Below, piece by piece: positions 1 to 64,000 of a DNA stretch of 64,000 nucleotides. The notes below the pieces were generated by a model. It was not told the DNA's origin. It made no database searches and was given only the letters and a program-made list of their open reading frames with translations. Origin of the DNA: Carcharhinus longimanus (Eukaryota); assembly GCA_030264375.1 (NCBI GenBank), contig JASCQW010000061.1, positions 95,909,751-95,973,750 of the forward strand, written 5' to 3'. Made by a program: the position numbers and the translations under genes. How positions within the stretch are numbered: the stretch's first letter is position 1; every line of letters starts with the position of its first letter.

Positions 1-338
1 CTCCCCCAATCTCCTGCTGCATCTGTGCACTTAACTCTTTTCTCCCTCCCCAATAGCCACTTGCTTCATGCTGGTATTGCTCGTCCATTTTCTGGGCACC
101 TTCAGCTGTGTTGTGGGTAACCAACTGTTTTATTTATTCTTCCTTCCATGATTCTGATGGATCTATGTGTAGAAGTGTGGTGTATTGTTTTTGCTGGGAG
201 GTAAAAGGGTTGTAAAGTATGCATGTAGAATCATGACTGTTTATGATGAAGCTATTATAACTGAAAACTTTAGCGGACCTTCTCGCTACAACATACTGAT
301 TACAGTTTATATCTTGTTTCTTCTTTATATTGCTTCAG

Positions 339-61731
<61,393 letters not shown>

Positions 61732-63244
61732 GTATGATGGTTTTTCAATGACTCTTTGTAATTAGTAAAACTGGTTCAATTTTAAGGAGGTGAATAAAAA
61801 CATGAATGTATTGTTTCTCATAACTGCATTTGCATTGTTAGGGGCAGGAGAGGTGTTAAACAGCATTAATTTCACCCCTTTCCACCCATCCATAAATAGA
61901 GAAGGGCTTTTGTTTGTTTTCTACTTTGTAAGTATTTCCTCACCCCTTGTTTTTCATGTGATCCAATTTTCTACTAATCCCATAGCAAATTTGGGTTAGA
62001 ATGAACTCAGTTGGTTTATTTGCACACATTCAAAATGGCATTTTAGCATTGCCTCCACACTTGGTCAGTAATGAGAGGGACAGAGAAAAGAAGGATTTAC
62101 AATAGAGACCACGGAGAAAATCGATACTGGTTCACATGGGTTCCAGAGTCCTGAATCAAAGCCCAGTGAAGTATTCTTTCCCAAAGGTCAGCATATAATT
62201 CACTTTTTCCAGTGATAACTTCACACGATAAGACGGGCGTACAAAGATGATTGAGTTTTGTAGGCGATTGTACAGAACTTGCAGCAAAAGCAGGTTAGAT
62301 GGGGCCATATGTCCAACCTGGGCTGGAGCTCCTTTAGTGCGGCCTGCTTGTCAAATGTTAAAACAGCAGACACAGCTATTCAGCCCAGCAAGGCAATATT
62401 TCTACTACTTCAAGGTGAAGGTCATGTGACTTTACCCTGCCATTGTGTTTTCAACAAAGGAAACTTACTAATGATGTCTTGGCCATCATGAATTAAAATA
62501 AATGTTTGAGAGGCTGTTGTCTTTGCATCTCTGCTGCCAGACTGGATTATCAAATACAAATGGCCTTTAATGTTGCTCTCTTTGAAGTTGGGCTGTGCAC
62601 TCCCCAGGTGATTGTAAGTTCTCAGATAACAAGGATGTGAGATTTTTGAAACTGCTGCGTGGTTTCTTTTGTTCTGGGGTCACAGACACACGGTTCCAAC
62701 CATTTTCAGGATCTTTGTTCAGTTTTTAAATTTTAGAAATAGCCATATGGATATCTAATATCTTGTTCTGCAAGATGTACAGTGTGAAGTCTTTGTCCCT
62801 CATAACATATAGAGAGCATGTGCCAAATATATATACTTTAAAAGCCTTGTTTGATAGTGCACTCTAATAAATTGGCATGGTTTTATAAATGGCATTATCA
62901 CCATAGTTTGCCAAGTACTTGCTGAAGTACATGTTTTCAGGCAAATCTTTGGTTTTGTACTTAGAAACACAGAATTTAAAAACGCCAAGAACCATAAGTT
63001 GTACAAACAAATGTGCTATAATTGTAATGCTACACGCAACTATAAAAGTGATGCAGAAGATATACTGTGGATTGCCAGGATCTTGCCAAGGTTAAAGAGG
63101 GAATAGGCTAGAGAAGTTGGATCTTCTAATTTAAACTTGCAAAATTTCTGTGAGTGGATAGCGCTCTTCCTGATTAAAGTTATTTTGAGGTAAAGTGTGA
63201 TCAGTTGGTTTACGCGACGTGATTGTGAGATTGAAGATGTAAGT

Positions 63245-63650
63245 TAAACATAGAACATTACAGTGCAGTACAGGCCCTTCGGCCCTCTGTTGCGCCAACC
63301 AGTGGAACCAATCTAATGACCCTCTAACCTAAACTATTCCAATATTATCCATATGCCTATCCAATGAACATTTCAATGCCCTTAAAGTTGGTGAGTCCAC
63401 TATTGCTGCAGGCAGGGCATTCCATGCCCTTATTACCCTCTGAGTAAAGAACCTACCTCTGACGTCTGTCCTATATTTATCACTCCTCAATTTAAAGCTA
63501 TATTCCCCTTAAGGGGAATTAAGGAATGGAAGTAGGCCATTCAACTCTTCAAGTCTGATCCACCCACCATTCAGTTACAGCACGGCAGATTTGTACCCCC
63601 ATTCCATTTAACCGCCTTTGTTCCGTAACCCTTATTGCACTTGCCTAAAA
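63245..63650 (-). mobile_element. Two adjacent CR1 3' ends
   Basis: aacatagaacattacagtgcagtacaggcccttcggccc...ggcagggcattccatgccc...ctgagtaaagaacctacctctgac; then ggaagtaggccattcaactc...gtaacccttatt. Confidence 0.8.
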
Positions 63651-64000
63651 AAAAATTAATGGGAGGTTAGAATGGAACTCGCCCAAACTGTTAAAACAGT
63701 CTAAAAGCCATGAGATTAGGGAATTAGTTGGTTAAGAGAGGTTTCATTTTGAATGTTAAAGGATATGTGGATTGAGCAGTAAAATATTATTAGACTATGT
63801 GATTCGTGTTAAGAATTTGGAGTTCATTTCTGTGCCATAGCATTGTGATTCTGCTGACTAGGTGAATTCAGCATGCAGGTGGTTCATGAGCCACCAGCTG
63901 CTGTCTTTCCTGCCCTTTATTGCATGCCTCTTTGAAGTGTGTAGTGTGTACCAAGAGTTCCATGTGGCTGATTTCTTTGCTGGAAGGCAAGCCTTCTTGG

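Noticed and set aside
61732-64000. Next HECT exon (VELIPNG...)
   Set aside because: No matching sequence found, so it presumably lies beyond the window.

Overview
Vertebrate genomic DNA, almost certainly from a shark or other elasmobranch (HE1-type V-SINEs, HER1/CR1 LINEs, DeuSINE-like and Penelope-derived repeats), from a gapped draft assembly with 7 N-runs. The whole window is the interior of one + strand gene, UBR5 (EDD/HYD, HECT E3 ubiquitin ligase). I traced 38 consecutive GT-AG coding exons from 339 to 61731, totalling 5685 nt or 1895 codons. All phases are consistent and there are no stops. They cover the UBR-box zinc finger, the helical scaffold, the split HECT N-lobe and the MLLE/PABC domain. 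The start codon and the last HECT exons with the catalytic Cys lie outside the window. Introns are filled with CR1, L2, SINE and Penelope remnants. Most interesting signals: (1) short palindromic Penelope-derived insertions carrying minimal hammerhead-ribozyme motifs, one with an intact core and a perfect 14-bp target-site duplication (52025-52342), plus a GIY-YIG remnant linking a second family to Penelope; (2) a repeat-free intron rich in GCATG motifs (57642-59060) with a candidate stop-containing exon just before the MLLE exons; (3) a stem-loop and an in-frame 120-nt alternative acceptor upstream of exon 41090; (4) two unusual substitutions in the HECT domain. Comparisons to human UBR5 and repeat family names are from memory, not from database searches. 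Repeat boundaries are approximate.
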